Shown: positions 1-13,733 of the stretch, one piece after another
Layout: the number at the start of each line of letters is the position of its first letter
Numbering within the stretch: the stretch's first letter is position 1
Origin: Lingula anatina
Lineage: Eukaryota > Animalia > Brachiopoda
DNA length: 64,000 nucleotides
Assembly: GCA_051362555.1 (NCBI GenBank)
Contig: CM120644.1
Coordinates: 21,970,534-22,034,533 of the forward strand
Direction: 5' to 3'
Notes under the pieces: model-generated
The model's database searches: none
The model's input: only the letters and a program-made list of their open reading frames with translations
Told to the model about the DNA's origin: nothing
Made by a program: the position numbers and the translations under genes

Positions 1-883
1 AATTATGCTTGATTATTCCAATAACTACATGCAGTTAGAATGATTTAGGTGTCATTAGGGAGTGTTTTGTCCTATCTGTCTTCAAAATATGTGTTATCTG
101 CGGTGAGTGGTCTGAATTCGGGAATAAATCAATTGCCGACCAGGAAATTACTGGATATTACTCCGATCAAGAATGTATTACTGGTTTTTGTATATCAACG
201 TGCGAGCTGCAAGACTTCAATGAACTGCTGAACTTGCTGAAAGTCCACATTCCCTAAGGATAATAATTGATCAATTTTTATTTTTACCATTATATAATAA
301 TGTTTATAGCCTGTAATATGTTGGTAATAGAATTTATATGATCAAAAGTTGGTTGAGTATATATATGGTAAGGCGTTTCTCCGGTTTTTGGTCCATTTAA
401 CGTTGTTTTAATCACGTCCTCGTCAAATGCCTGAACTGGTGCAGGGTGCAGCCGCTCACTGCGATAGATGAGAGCGCGTCTCGAGATAGCAAAGTCACCT
501 TTTGTAACGCAAGCTGGGGGAGAGGGGGGGGGGGGGGGGGGGCGTGACCTGACCACACCGTCGTAGTGAGCCTATTAGATAAATATGGTTCCTCGGCAGG
601 AAAATGAGATACGCTGCCTTTTTTACGGAATTTGATAATGATAGAAGCGCAAAAGAAGTGGTTTTATGAAAGATAAATGGACAAGATCGAGGCACGGCCG
701 TGAACGCAGGAAAGGTTGTGACAAGAAAAATTGCTTTGATTGATTTTATGTCATTGATTAATTTTTACCGTATCTTTAGGTTATGATTCAACGTGTTTAC
801 AATACGCCGTACTTGAAACTGTGGTCCAATTTCTTCACCACGGTCTGCAACCGTGACACTGGACACATCTTATTTTGTTGAAA

Positions 884-922
<39 letters not shown>

Positions 923-1758
923 AAGTAAATGAATAGATCGATAAATAAATAAAAAAGAAAAATGTAAATTTTGTAATAATGTAACACGTTCAGGGATCAA
1001 ATGGATAAAAATAAATAAAAGCCTGGCAATAGATCTCTGATACCTTTGATTTGTCATTGCATGTAAAAATATCGATTTAAACTGGGCACATCAGAGAGTG
1101 GCGTTACCAGCTACCATTAGGCACAAAGTTACTCGTTAACTAAACATCCCTTTCGTATCTTCGTGACGGAGCCAGGGATGTTACAGTGGTCCACGCGCTG
1201 CCATCCCCTCAGCTTCACACGGGTCATACTTCCTTCCTAAATACATGTATATAATGACAATAAGATTTATTTATAGTCTAATATTCATATAAAATGTTCA
1301 GTAGACTCTACATATCAAGTGAACCGCAACGAAATCAAACAACTGTCCCTCTTTTTGCCCTATTATGCAGGAATAATTTGAAATTGCCTTTACCATTTTT
1401 TTTTTGCTGAGCCAAGCAAAAAACACTTTTTATCCAAGTGCCAATAAAAGACAAAAGCAAGAAAAAAAAACACAATATCCTGACTTCACCAGTACGTATG
1501 AAATTGTAAATCCCTTTTTGAAGACGCCCAATCCAGAATTAAGCACAAACAAACAAATCCTGGCAGTCAACATGTTTTTGAAACCGTAGCTTTGGACTGG
1601 ATTCCCGTTACACAACCATAGTTAGAACTGACACTGCGGGAAGCTACAATTATCACAGGACACGAAAGTCTGGGTTTGTCCTAATGAAATGAGACTTGTA
1701 AGATGTCTCAGATTCTGTGAAAGACAGCAAGTGTGCATGGCATATTGTTTATTTTCAG

Positions 1759-3050
1759 GACGCAGGACGGTGCGCCGCTGCCTTTCCTTGGGTTTGAACG
1801 AAACTCACATCAACCGTTACTGCGTGAATATGTAATTATGCAGTTCTATTTACTTATGTATTCCTTTATTCCTCGATCAGCCGCGTAGAGAAGAAAAATA
1901 TGACACATACGTAAGCGGTAAATTTACAGGGGTATATAAATGTATATACGCAAATAGAAACGTCGAACTATTACAAGACCATTAAAAAACTTGACAGGAA
2001 TGTAACATATTGGTTGAAATGCTTTAAATAAAAGACGCTCTAGAACATACTCAGTTGACTCACAGTGAGAGTAGATGGCATTGTCACGAAAATCTTGAGC
2101 GAGTCCAGCAGTTCTGACATGTTCAAGGCGTTGTTTTGTTATAAAACTTGAATTAGTTTGTTGATTATTTATACAAATATTTGCAGAATGGATATGACTA
2201 AGATAACTGGACCGCCAGTATCAGTTACTCCTAGATTATCATTAGTTACATTGTTTATTTGAGTATGGTTTCGTCCAAAAATATGAATTTATTATTCTTT
2301 CGATTCTTTTCGCTCACATTTTGGATAACATATTGTTAGTCTTCTGTTTTTTTTCTCCCAGTTTGACGATTTAAAAATTTTATGAATTAGTGACGTCTAT
2401 GGCTTGTAATATTCTGTTGTTTAAAATGGCGTGGACAGCAATGGAGGTGCGACCACACACGGGAAACCGCTTCCATCTTTTGCGGCTTCCATACACATCA
2501 TTAACAGTGGTTTGCTCTTTGTTTTCAAGAAAATAGTCCTCAAATACACCAACCAAACGCCGGCAAAACTGATGAACACGGTAGTTGCTAGTGTTTCCAT
2601 GCAGTGCCGCAAGCATTATAACACAGTTCTTTGAGAGAATTGGATGATTGAGATGATAACGCTAAAATTATCAAACAACTGAAATTGCTAATTTTGAACG
2701 ATACAATTTTCAAATATAAATACATTTCTGTATATTGAATTATGCAGTTTATCGTCATTATCACGACCAAAGCTCGTCGGCAAGATTGAAGATGCTGTAA
2801 TTACAGCAATTGACCAAGTGTTAGAAATAGAGTTCATTTTGAGATCATTATCCTTCTAACACATCCTAGTATATATGTAGACGTGCTACGTCCTCGGCTA
2901 ATACAATTTGTTATTTACTGCACCAACGCCTACAAAGGCCTCGCACCTTTCTTTGTTGCAGATTTCTGATAACAAATTTGTAGTGTTATATATTTTGCTG
3001 ATGGAATGTGGATGAAATTCATTGTACTTCGACAAAACTAGAAAGCAAAG
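1759..3050 (+). other. Candidate non-coding 5' exons (1759-1910 and 2962-3050), possibly the GPCR 5' UTR
   Basis: Acceptor ttttattttcag|1759 with donor 1910|gtaagc, and acceptor ctttctttgttgcag|2962 with donor AAG 3050|gtaaga. Same strand as and upstream of the GPCR. No transcript evidence. Confidence 0.3.
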
Positions 3051-3685
3051 GTAAGAAACACTCCAGATAACATATGTCAATGTCTTTAAGTAGACAAAAA
3101 CATCGCAAATGTCATCAAGGTGTTGAGGACGTCAGTGAGACTGATTATTTTGACATGAGGATTTGACTGCGCCAAAACAGGAAAAGCAAACGAGACCGTG
3201 GTTTGGCGTCAATTGCTGTACTTCATTATCACGGTACAGGTTCGTGGAAGCAGTGAAAGTAAAATCACGCAAGCAGCCTTGTTATGTCCATGCACAAAAT
3301 CTCCTTGACATCGCTTAAAAGACAAGTTGATCACGTTAGGCCAAAACAAACGCCGTGGAAGAGGCTAAAAGCACGCGTAATCATCTAGTCGGCGAAGTCC
3401 GCTCAGACGACACTTAAACGGGCTTTAGGGGCGCTCCGAGAAATAGTTCACGATCTTTGACAGAAAAGCCTTTGAACTGAGCTGAGAGGCTTATTATATT
3501 CGTGGCATGACATGAGTCAACATAGCAGGCAGCAGCGAAAATTTGACCACGGGCACAAATCACAGTAATGGTTTGAGAAGAGAAATGCCAACATGTAACA
3601 TGCAAAGCTTAAAACTGTTTTCGGAACTTGATATTCTTTTTGAAAAATATCAAAACTAGCGTATATCTAAGAGCAACGAGACACC

Positions 3686-4801
3686 ATGGAATTGGGCTAC
3701 GAGGTATCGATGATTACAATACAGGCGGTCCTGACAATACTGATCGGGTTTGGAAACATTTTGGTCATAACTGCATATTTTCGCAACGAAAAATTGCAAA
3801 CTACGACGAACTGGTTTGTAGTTCAGTTGGCCGGCGCTGACTTGCTGGTCGCACTGGCGATGCCTCTACAAATTGCCATGTTTATCCGAGACGATGTTGT
3901 CCAAGATCTTCACGTGTGTCTTTTCCGATATAGTTTTCCCATGAGCTCGATAAACGGTTCGGTACTTTGTCTTCTGGCTATAAGCGTGGACAGATACGTG
4001 TCAGTTATCTACCCATATCAATACAAGAGTGTATTGACGGCCAAAATTCAAGTACTCGGCGCTGTATTCGTTTGGGTTCCTTCTGCGTTTGTGATCGTTT
4101 CAGTCCACTTTTTGGGGCTGGATGACATACGACCGGGAGACCCGGGGAAGAAGGTATGTGACTTCTTGTACGTTCTGAACCCTGACTTTATCAAATATAT
4201 TGTACTGCCCGTGTTCAGCGCACTATCGCTAGCCATTATAGCGTTATATTCAAGAGTTTTCCACTTGGCTCGAAGGCACGCAGCGGCAATAGCTTCTCTC
4301 TCGGAGCACCTGTCGGTAGTAAGTAATTCTCGACTGAAAAATAACCCGCGGCAAATTCACCGAAAAAACATGAAGATTTCAAAAACAGCTGCGATCGTTT
4401 TGGGAATGTTTTTATTCTGCATGGTACCTTTCTTCGCCGTTACGGGAATCCAAGTATACACGGACCAAATATTCTCCAAAACGTGGATGACCATACGAAT
4501 GTACACTACAGTGCTGTCAGTTCTCAACAGTGCCCTGAACCCGCTAATATATGCGTGTCGTTTGGAGGACTTTCGTGGAGAGTTTCAGAAAATTCTGCGC
4601 TTGAAACGCAAAGTGAACGCTGTTGCACCTCAACCTATGCGCCGACTGGACAACGTGCCGGACAGAAATGAAACTAGTAGCACGGGCTGCGAAAATGAAC
4701 CAAAACACGCTGCACCAGTCGCGCTTACATCAAAGTCGAAAGTTGCGTTTTCATTGACTTTGAATTCAGGAAGTGTGGACAAAGCCATTTCAGAGGTATG
4801 A
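3686..4801 (+). CDS. Intronless rhodopsin-like (class A) 7-TM GPCR, 371 aa, adenosine-receptor-like orphan
   Basis: Seven hydrophobic segments with class A motifs: GN in TM1 (GFGNILV), LAxAD in TM2 (LAGADLL), DRY (SVDRY), FxxCxxP in TM6 (FLFCMVP), NPxxY (NPLIY). Cys at the top of TM3 (HVCL) and in ECL2 (KVCD). Very short N-terminus and no TM3 Asp, so not a canonical amine receptor. Confidence 0.95.
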   Translation: MELGYEVSMITIQAVLTILIGFGNILVITAYFRNEKLQTTTNWFVVQLAGADLLVALAMPLQIAMFIRDDVVQDLHVCLFRYSFPMSSINGSVLCLLAISVDRYVSVIYPYQYKSVLTAKIQVLGAVFVWVPSAFVIVSVHFLGLDDIRPGDPGKKVCDFLYVLNPDFIKYIVLPVFSALSLAIIALYSRVFHLARRHAAAIASLSEHLSVVSNSRLKNNPRQIHRKNMKISKTAAIVLGMFLFCMVPFFAVTGIQVYTDQIFSKTWMTIRMYTTVLSVLNSALNPLIYACRLEDFRGEFQKILRLKRKVNAVAPQPMRRLDNVPDRNETSSTGCENEPKHAAPVALTSKSKVAFSLTLNSGSVDKAISEV

Positions 4802-6346
4802 TTTTCATAAACGTCAAATATAAGGGAACCAATGACAGATATGTAAGTTGGTATAGTTAAGTTCACAGTAACAATAACAGATATGTGTTGGCTACAAAGA
4901 CAGCTAGCTGCCAGTCGACATACACATCATGTCAGTGATGACATTGGCGGCGTGAACTATTGAAATCCGGTGCACAATGTAGGTTTTCCATATCTAGCAA
5001 CGCGTTCAGCAACTTTGAGATCAATGTTTTTTGGTCCAGTTGCATCAACAATTGATCAACGGTTATAAGTAATACGTTATTCATTGCACCTTTTAGTTAT
5101 AGATTTATGCACTTATTTGGTATTTGTTTTACAATGAAAGTGCCGTAGCATTAGAGACTTGCAAACAATAAGCTAGACTTGTACTCAGCTGCATTTATCT
5201 ACTTCAACGCTCTAAAAATTGCCGTCAATATACGTTTCTTTCATTTTTTGCTTCACTCAGCTATCTCTTCTTTACCCCGATTAATGCAAAGCACTTATTT
5301 TGCACACTTTGAATATTACATCATAAACAATTTATTTCTGTATCATCACGATCAACATGTACATGTGATATGACGGCTGAATAGAAATATACTTCATAGT
5401 AGCTCTTGGTTTCACTTCCTGGTGTTGATGTATAAAAAAAAAAACATTGATGTAATCTAAGGACAACGAGACCTGTCATAAACCTACATGTTTTCCACAT
5501 CACAAGACAGAGCCGCCATGATCGGGTTTCTTTTGATTAAAATGGCAGAACTGGACTTGGAGGGTTTCCAAGTCATGTTTCCATGGGGTTGCTCGCAATC
5601 CGTTAAACACGGCTATAGCTTCAATCAAAAGACGACTTTATTGATTAACTAATGACTTGGCTGTGTTTTTCTATACTAGCTTTATACAACTTTCTAAACT
5701 AAAAGATTTGTCTTGTTTTGACCTCTAATTCCTACGACATATCCAAACAAAGAAGACACTGTGCAACATGTCAGAAACTTTAAATTGACAAAAGTAGGCA
5801 CAGTGCTGACATTTTATAACAGATAGAAAAATTACTGAGGTAGGATAAATACAGCAATAATCGAATAATAACAATCGCAAAAACCAAAGTTGCCCTTTCC
5901 TTATCCCGATCAGAACTTCTCCGTGAGCAAGAACAGTAACAATGCTGTAATTACATTAATTACCACAGGATGGCACCCACCCTTTTTGCCCTTCCCTGCA
6001 CCTGCATAAAATTGCTTAATCAAACACGGTTACAAATGACAATTATTACGTGTCTAAGTCGTTAATTAAAGCTTCCTCACAAATGATGTTATGACATCTC
6101 ATACTTCCAGTGCAGTCATTCTCCGTCCACGTGTTAGACTGCCTGGTGCCTTATGTAAGATTTAATGACTTCAGATGCAGCGTTAATAAAACAACAAGAT
6201 GCATGATATATAAAATAAAATAAATATGTTTCTGAGTGCTAAGTATATGGTGCAGCGCTTATTAAGATGATATTAATGGTGTGCGTGAGTTCTTCATATT
6301 TAAGATAACTTCATCCCATCACTCCAATTACTTCTTTCCTTGTATA

Positions 6347-7564
6347 TCAGTCTAACCACTTGACAATTTCAAAGAAAACTGCCACCACTGAAACAAAAAG
6401 CCAGGAACATAACCGAAACATTTTAACCACAGAGGCAGCAGAATTTCGACCCCCTGCAAGAGTCGTTGTTGCAGACGCGCTACTGGTGACAGTACTAGCA
6501 ACGGTTGTCGGTGGCGTCGCAGCGGTTGTTGATGGTGTAAGCGACGTTGTGTTGACTGTGGAGGTTGACACTGTAGATGGCGCTGTGGTAGCTGTCTGTG
6601 GGCTGGGTGTGACGGTGGTGGTAGCTGTGGTAGTTGTGGTGGTTGTGGTCGTCAATTGCGACAGAGACGAACTCTTCACTCCGGTCCAAAACACGGCCTT
6701 TACTTGCACAATCGTGGCTCTGAAAATAGACACAAAGAATTGCATTGACGCTGACGACACTTCCGCCCCCCCTCCTGCCCCCCAAAATACTGTGCTGCCG
6801 ATAGATGCCGCCAGTTGTAGCACATAAATACACACACACACGTTTGCCAACAGAATGACAAGGACAGCAATCACTTTGATGTAATATTCTTTAACCAATA
6901 AATAAATAAATTGCCCTTTGTAATAATACAAACTGTTTTTTGAAAATATATTAGACGTAATACGCAGTGCTAAAAATGTAGTTTCTAAGGAAGAATAAGA
7001 CAAATTTCAATTAAACAAGACACAATTGGCCATGCTACAACCTACTTGCAAAGTTTCTCGGAGATGCAAGTCCATTGCCTTATATAATAAGGATATGGAA
7101 ATGAAGGAAAGGAACAATAATAAATGACATATTGGCCAAGCAGAATATACATCATTGCGTGTGGCACGCTCTTAAAAGTGTGAAAAACACGAAAATTCCT
7201 AAAAATGGATTCACTTAAAACTGCCATCAAACTACCAAAATTTTGCGCGGGATTACTAATTAAATCATACATTTAATAGCGTCTGAACAGCTATAGGCCT
7301 ATCTGTGTTAGCAAAATTTGAATTCATAGATATTCTAGCATCATAGTACCTTAGGTATTTTTTATAGTAGATACATGTATTGTTAGGCCATAGTAATTGT
7401 AAATACATTCTTCCGAAATATATCAGTAAATATTTTGTTAAAGCGGCTCACTGAATCAGGGCGTCACTATAAAATATGTAATCGACGATATAAGCTCGGC
7501 TGTAATATGAAGGCACGGGGATGAATACATTGTTTGCCTTTGACCCCTTTCAAAATTTGACGCT

Positions 7565-7597
<33 letters not shown>

Positions 7598-8449
7598 CTG
7601 GATCCGCCTTTGCATTTCTGAAGTTGGTAATGTTATAACTTACACGAACTCTATGTCGCCGACTCCGTCACTGGGCGCCGTCCACTGGAAGCTGAGGTCA
7701 GTCTTGTCCGTACTGCTGGAGTGGGTAATGGCGCTCTGGCCGATGTTCTGACAGGTGAGGTGTCTGGTGCCCGGGGGAGGGGTCCCCCAGGAACCCACTA
7801 TGGTGGTGGTTCCCGCTCTCCGGGCTTGGAGTAGAATTCCCTTGAACGTTCCTGTCACCGTCACTGGAAGAGTGCGTCTTTGCTTAGTTAAAGTTTTCTT
7901 TTTTATTTATCTTATATATTCTTAAATATATATTTCTTAATGTAACTGCTTACTCACATTTCCCATTAGACGTCCTTTTGGTGGGGGAATTTCTTAAAAA
8001 ATAATGCACTATTATGAAACGAAATTCCCCTTGACACTACTTCATGATGCTGCAGCTGGCATGACAAAAATCAACTACTTGTCTATAAAAAACTATAAAT
8101 TAGAAAAAAAAATCATCTTAAAACACTTTGTCGCATAAGCTAGGGATGCACATTAATGAAAGTAATGAATAGATAGGCAGATAGATAGACGGATGGACGG
8201 ATGAATGGACGCATGAATGGAAGGAAGGACAGATAAAGTTGTCGTATCTTCACCTGTTATAGTGTCGTCAGTATCATAGGTGGCTGCGGACGCTGATATG
8301 GAATACGGTGACGTTGTTGCCTGGGGACTCGGGCCGTGCTGGGGATACATGGACGTGCAGGCTAAAGATGGCGCTCCACTACTATATCCAAGACAGCCCC
8401 CCACGAGACTAAGGATGACAGCCAGTCCATACACACAGGGAAGGGACAT
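6347..8449 (-). CDS. Reeler-domain protein 1 (putative defense protein/Hdd11-like) with short Thr-rich stalk and hydrophobic C-tail; complement(join(6347..6719,7644..7863,8254..8449)), 262 aa
   Basis: Exons of 196+220+373=789 nt join in frame through GT-AG introns (phase 1, then 2). Signal peptide MSLPCVYGLAVILSLVGGCLG, then Reeler motifs YSSGAP..C..M.P.H, FKGILLQAR, C...AITH, FQWTAP, EFVATIVQ...FW. Thr/Ser stalk, then tail NSAAS...WLFVSVVAVFF. An upstream acceptor near 8492 implies a non-coding first exon. Confidence 0.92.
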
Positions 8450-8564
8450 TGTAGAGCAATGGGGTGTTATGCCTCAGGGTTGTCTTCGTGGCTAGAAAGA
8501 AAAATAACGTAAGTTATCGTACTGAAGTGAAAAATAAATACAATGTGCGTGAGATTGTTTAGGA

Positions 8565-8620
<56 letters not shown>

Positions 8621-9928
8621 CAACAAGAACAAAAATAACAACAACAGAAACAATAATATAATAATCCTGGGAATTATATAGAAAAAGGCCTCGGAATTTT
8701 AGCAATCTTTCCTTAATCACACACCTATGAAAATACCAGTATCACTTCCAAAATTACAATCTGCAAGTTTTCAAGTTCCTATTCTCTTAACTTTCACAGT
8801 CACGATTGGACTACTTATCAGCCGGTGCCTCGACTACCAGAGGGACTCAAAAAAAAAAAAAAAAAAGACTGGAGAGAGAGGGAGAGAGAGAGAGAGAGGC
8901 GTTACCCCGTTCGATTTCTCAAATGCACACGTTTATAAATACCTATCCCACCTGAATATTCAGACTAGCTTAACGAACTCTTTTCTGGCACTTGTTATGA
9001 TCAGATTATGAAATGTGAAGCCGTCTTCAGGAACCGTAGAACCTATCTGACTGACTTCGTTTTCTGTTAGTCCACGTATTACGAACTATACATACTAAAG
9101 TCAGACTATAAAAGCTAATATTTCAGAAGTTCTAATGGTGTTCACTTTTCTTGACACCTGCGTCTGGCCTGCTCAACACTACGAGGCGTGATGTCACGTC
9201 AACTGTTTATAAAGGCGAGGTGGTCTATGTTGTACGCACTGAGACAGACAACGCCCCTTATTTTCCTTGACAACAGGTGTCATTTTATAGGTTGAACAAA
9301 AAGTAAGATAATGTATAAAAGAGCTTAAGGGTACAAATGAACCGGGCATCAGTAACACATATAAACCACTTCAACTAATCAAATACATTCGACATGCCAA
9401 TGGATTAACTGAATAAATCACTCAATCAGCCAAAGATCTTTAGATTGCTCCTTTCTTTAAATTTTTGGTCAGAAATGTAACCTACTTTCATTACAGACTT
9501 ATCTGCCCCATTGATATACAGCATAGCTAGAATGCTAGCAGAAAATTCTATTCAGGATATCATTTTCGGGTAAAAATAAACAACGCTTTTGGTTAATCAC
9601 TTAGTTATACAACTTGAAACTGTATGCTGGCATTTAGATGGCTTTTGTGGCAAAAAATTGACTTCATATGCATCTTTAAGGGTAGCACACTGAATTACGG
9701 CCAGCGGAAATTTAAGCAGGGGAACCCCCTTCTCCCCTTTTCGCCCTAAAATAACAAACAAATAAGACGTATAAATAAATAAATAGAGTGTTAACAAGTA
9801 GTGCTTGTATCAACAAGCGAAACGAGTCACAACCACGCAATCTTCTCTGCTCTGTGCACAGTATATTTGAGTAAAACTGCCCTCGTCAGTTAGCGGGAAG
9901 AGGTATTTAATCAACCTTGACCCCCTCC

Positions 9929-9959
<31 letters not shown>

Positions 9960-10466
9960 ACACACTCCCCTCTCCCCATCAACCCTAGCCAAACACTATC
10001 CAGTGGTACAGTGTACAGGACGTCTATGCTGAAACTCACTTTTTTGTCGCATCAACTGCCTATTTGCTTGGGGTGGGGCAGAAAGCTAAATGCATATAGC
10101 AACCAGGATATCGTGGGGGGCTTTTCTAACTCATATCCAAGTGATAAGTTAATATATATTTTTCTAAAGGAAGAAAAAGTCCACTGACTGTTTCCGAAAG
10201 TTATTTGTTATTAGGTCAATTCATTTTCATGAATGAATATAACTTGCAACAAATTATCATTATTTTTCTTTTTTAAAACATTGATATTTTTTTCAAAACC
10301 GACGTGCATAAATAGAATCACTATAATAACATTCCCATGTTTTACAAGCTCTGTCCTCAAAACTTACCTAAATTAAATCAGTATAAAATATATAAAATTA
10401 ATGCAGCTACAGGTGCAGGCCACCCCTCTAAGACCCTTCTGCCTCTCGCTGTAGTCAACGCATTAA

Positions 10467-10683
10467 GATCCCATTTCCAGAGATTAGATCGATCTACTTT
10501 AGATCGACCTAACTCCCTGGGGGTTACACTAAATAGCTGTCAGCCGAGCGGACACGAAAGTTAATTACCCCCTTACAGCCTGTAGAAGGCGGGACGGACA
10601 TTTAAGCCGGATTATCTGACAGTATCTAGTGAGACTCCCCTCGGGGATAGATCGATCTAAATGTCTGGGAATAGGCTACAGCC
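10467..10683 (-). mobile_element. ~215 bp foldback MITE family A (PIF/Harbinger-like), copy 1
   Basis: Reverse complement of the 25620 copy; flanked by TAA on both sides; AGATCGATCTA subterminal motifs. Confidence 0.85.
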
Positions 10684-11611
10684 TAAGACAAACCTTTATA
10701 ACAGACAGTAATGGGGGGGGGGGGGGGGGATCACTTACCTGTACAGAACCCATTGTTTATGTCACACTGTATACGCTTGCTGTGTTACTCTCCACTATAC
10801 TGTAGTATGTATCTCAGTCTTTGTTACATCATACTTACATTCGTTTCAGCTGAGCCCTTTTCTTTGCAGTTTCACTCCCTCTATTCAATCAGTGTTTGTA
10901 TGTTTCTAATCCGTATATGAAAACATCAGATGTAGCTCTTCATAGAAAATATAGGCCTACCGTCACCAGTCCGTCTCTACCTTCTCATCTCGAGCACGGG
11001 GTTTATATGCAACCAATCCCTAGGGAAGAAATAGGTGTAAATAAGAGACTTACGTAGTGCCTACAATAGAGGCGTAACAAAATGGCGGAGTGACATTCAG
11101 GGCTCACAAAACCGCTGCTGTTTCCCCAATTGCATCATATTTCATATTTTGTCTTCGCCCCCTCCACTCAAACCTACTGCACACATACGAACAGACTTAC
11201 ACGCATAAAAGATGATAAAACATACTTGATCGCAGCTGATGTTTTCCTTCTCTATCTCCTTCAGCTGTCGGTCATGTGCACTGTGACGTTCTCCTGTTCT
11301 TTAATCAGCGTCGTTATTCCACTGCTTAGCGACCACCCGATATTGACTGGCATATGATCAATCAGCGACAGAATTAAATCTTAATATTTAAAGTCTTCAT
11401 AACGTACAGAGATACTGTCACTTGATATCTGGCGATAGTCGCGATAGCTGCCACAACGTCACGTCCCTAATCGATAAAACACGGGGAGTTATTTCTGGAC
11501 CCTTATAATGTGACTGTGCTATAGTATAGAAACTTGTGTAACTGTTGACCTGAAAGATGCATCGATTGTTATGGGAACAATGCGTTCAACAGGTAACGCT
11601 ATAGGTGAATT

Positions 11612-11658
<47 letters not shown>

Positions 11659-13733
11659 ATGTTAAAATACTACGGTATATACTGCCCTCATTTGTATCTG
11701 ATATATTAGTAAAAATTTAAGGCATGAATGTTAACACTGCGTTTATAATTACATACCGGTGTTTATTAAAGCTGTACAGGCCCTAACTCTCTTTTCATTT
11801 TTGAGTTTCAAAACTGATATGAATTTAATCCTCTTTTTTAACCACGGTCGAACTGATGTGGACTACTATGGCTTACTTTGAATTAAATTCGGTCAAATAT
11901 TTGGTTGAAGAGATTTGACCAACTTTAGGGCTACTCTGGTACAGCCACTTTATTTTCTGGTGTGTTAAAGGATGCGTCTCACACGACGGCAGTCCGCGCC
12001 CTCCCCTCCCCCCCCTCCCCTGGTTGATATGATCCAGAGACAAAAAGACGGCTCTCTCGGTGATATTTTCTGTACATATTTTCCCCGAATAAGAATTATT
12101 TCCTTGTATAGAATACACCCAAAGCTCTCCTATTCTTTGCACTTTTATGCATAGGAGAAAGAACGTAAAAGCAATTTTTTAGCACTTCTTATCAAATGTA
12201 GATACCGGATTATCAAGTAAGAGGTGATCCTCCTCAACTCTCAAATTGATGAGTCTTATTCAAGAGGCAGTATAACAATATATACAGTGCTGGAAGTGCG
12301 CTTATCACATTATTAATTTATCTATATCTTGTAAAAAACAATGCTGTGGTATGATTCAGCTAATTTCTGTCATAGTTAAACATTGTACTTACATCCCTTG
12401 ATAGCCATTGATTCGCCACGTTAATTATTTACTTTTTACTCAATTAAACAGTGTTCGATTAAGTAGCATTGATAGCGACACAATGGTAGCATATAAGATT
12501 TGTAGCTGGATGAATTATCATCATCATTTAGTACCTCCCTGCATGTCGCGGTGCGGAGCATTTTCTCTCACTCTAAAACACCCCCTCACCCCTGGGGTTG
12601 ACAACCGGTCAGATGCCAGGAGGCCACGCGAGATATTTTATTGTTACATATTCACGCAAATATTAATTTTCATTTCTATGTGCAACAGAATGTTTACACC
12701 CTTTTTGGGAAAGTGACGGGTGTGGGGGTGGGGGGGGGGGGTCCATCCGTAAGGGTCGATATCCCCACAGGACCCGACTATGCAGTCGAAAAATACTGAT
12801 TATAAAAGGTTATCTTAACCAAAATAATGATTTTTTAAAATTACAAATAGTCTGTTTATGAAAATAAAACGCATTTTATTTCTCTATCCAAGACGTTTTT
12901 TTTTTCAAAAACGTTTGGGAAAAATCACGCAACACTAGATTGAGCTGTCTACATCAAAACATACATACATGTATATATTCTAAAATCCTGTGGATAGCTA
13001 CAAACTGGCTTTATTTTGATTTTCTTTAAATTCATATATACTTAAATTCAAAACATTTCGTGACATATCAAAGAAGACATTTTAAATCGCACATAATTTG
13101 ACAATCTTTTTTGTGCGCTTATCACAGTATAATTTTCACAACAGCTTTGATCGATAAAAAAAGATTAATATTAACTCACAGGGACACAACTTAAAAAAAA
13201 ACCTTAAGGCAACCAAGTACTACATCAAAGGGCTATAGTACAATACTTATAATATTTACATATGTACAATACTACAATAGAATTATCATAGGTGATACTT
13301 TGTGGTTGTATCCCACCGTGTTCTACCCCTCTTCCAATATATAAAGAATATTAAGATTTGTTTAAATTATGAACGTATAATATCTGTCTTTCACATAAAA
13401 AAATGACAAGTGTAATTTTTACTTTACATCATAAACAAACACAGACACCTTTCTCAGTTAGCACATCCTAACTACCCACTGCGGAGAGTTATTTTGCTAT
13501 AACTAATACTAAGACAGCTAACAGTAACGTATCTTCGCGGTATTAAAACGATCATATATCTGTTATAGTGCACTACACATGGAAATCTCACAAAAGCAGG
13601 ATAACATTAAAGCTTGGGGTTTCGATGTTACAGTTCATCAACACTTGTGTTAACTGACGGTCACACATTAGTCTAATGATTTAATCTAATAGAGGCATGA
13701 ATAGGACCTTTCTGTGTCTCTCCTGCATTCTAC

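Noticed and set aside
1143-1182. AACATCCCT...AGGGATGTT hairpin in a GC-rich island
   Set aside because: Only a 9-bp stem with no recognisable ncRNA motifs; compatible with chance.
1655-1730. Hairpins with CTAATGA...GAAA resembling a hammerhead ribozyme or SECIS
   Set aside because: The core is CTAATGA rather than CTGANGA, GAAA does not follow stem II, SECIS spacing is too short, and no selenoprotein is nearby.
6360-7003. 155-aa plus ORF and the N-terminal ~95 aa of the 218-aa minus ORF
   Set aside because: Antisense shadow and intronic read-through; the true exon begins at the acceptor at 6719, which restores the Reeler ATIVQ..FW motif.
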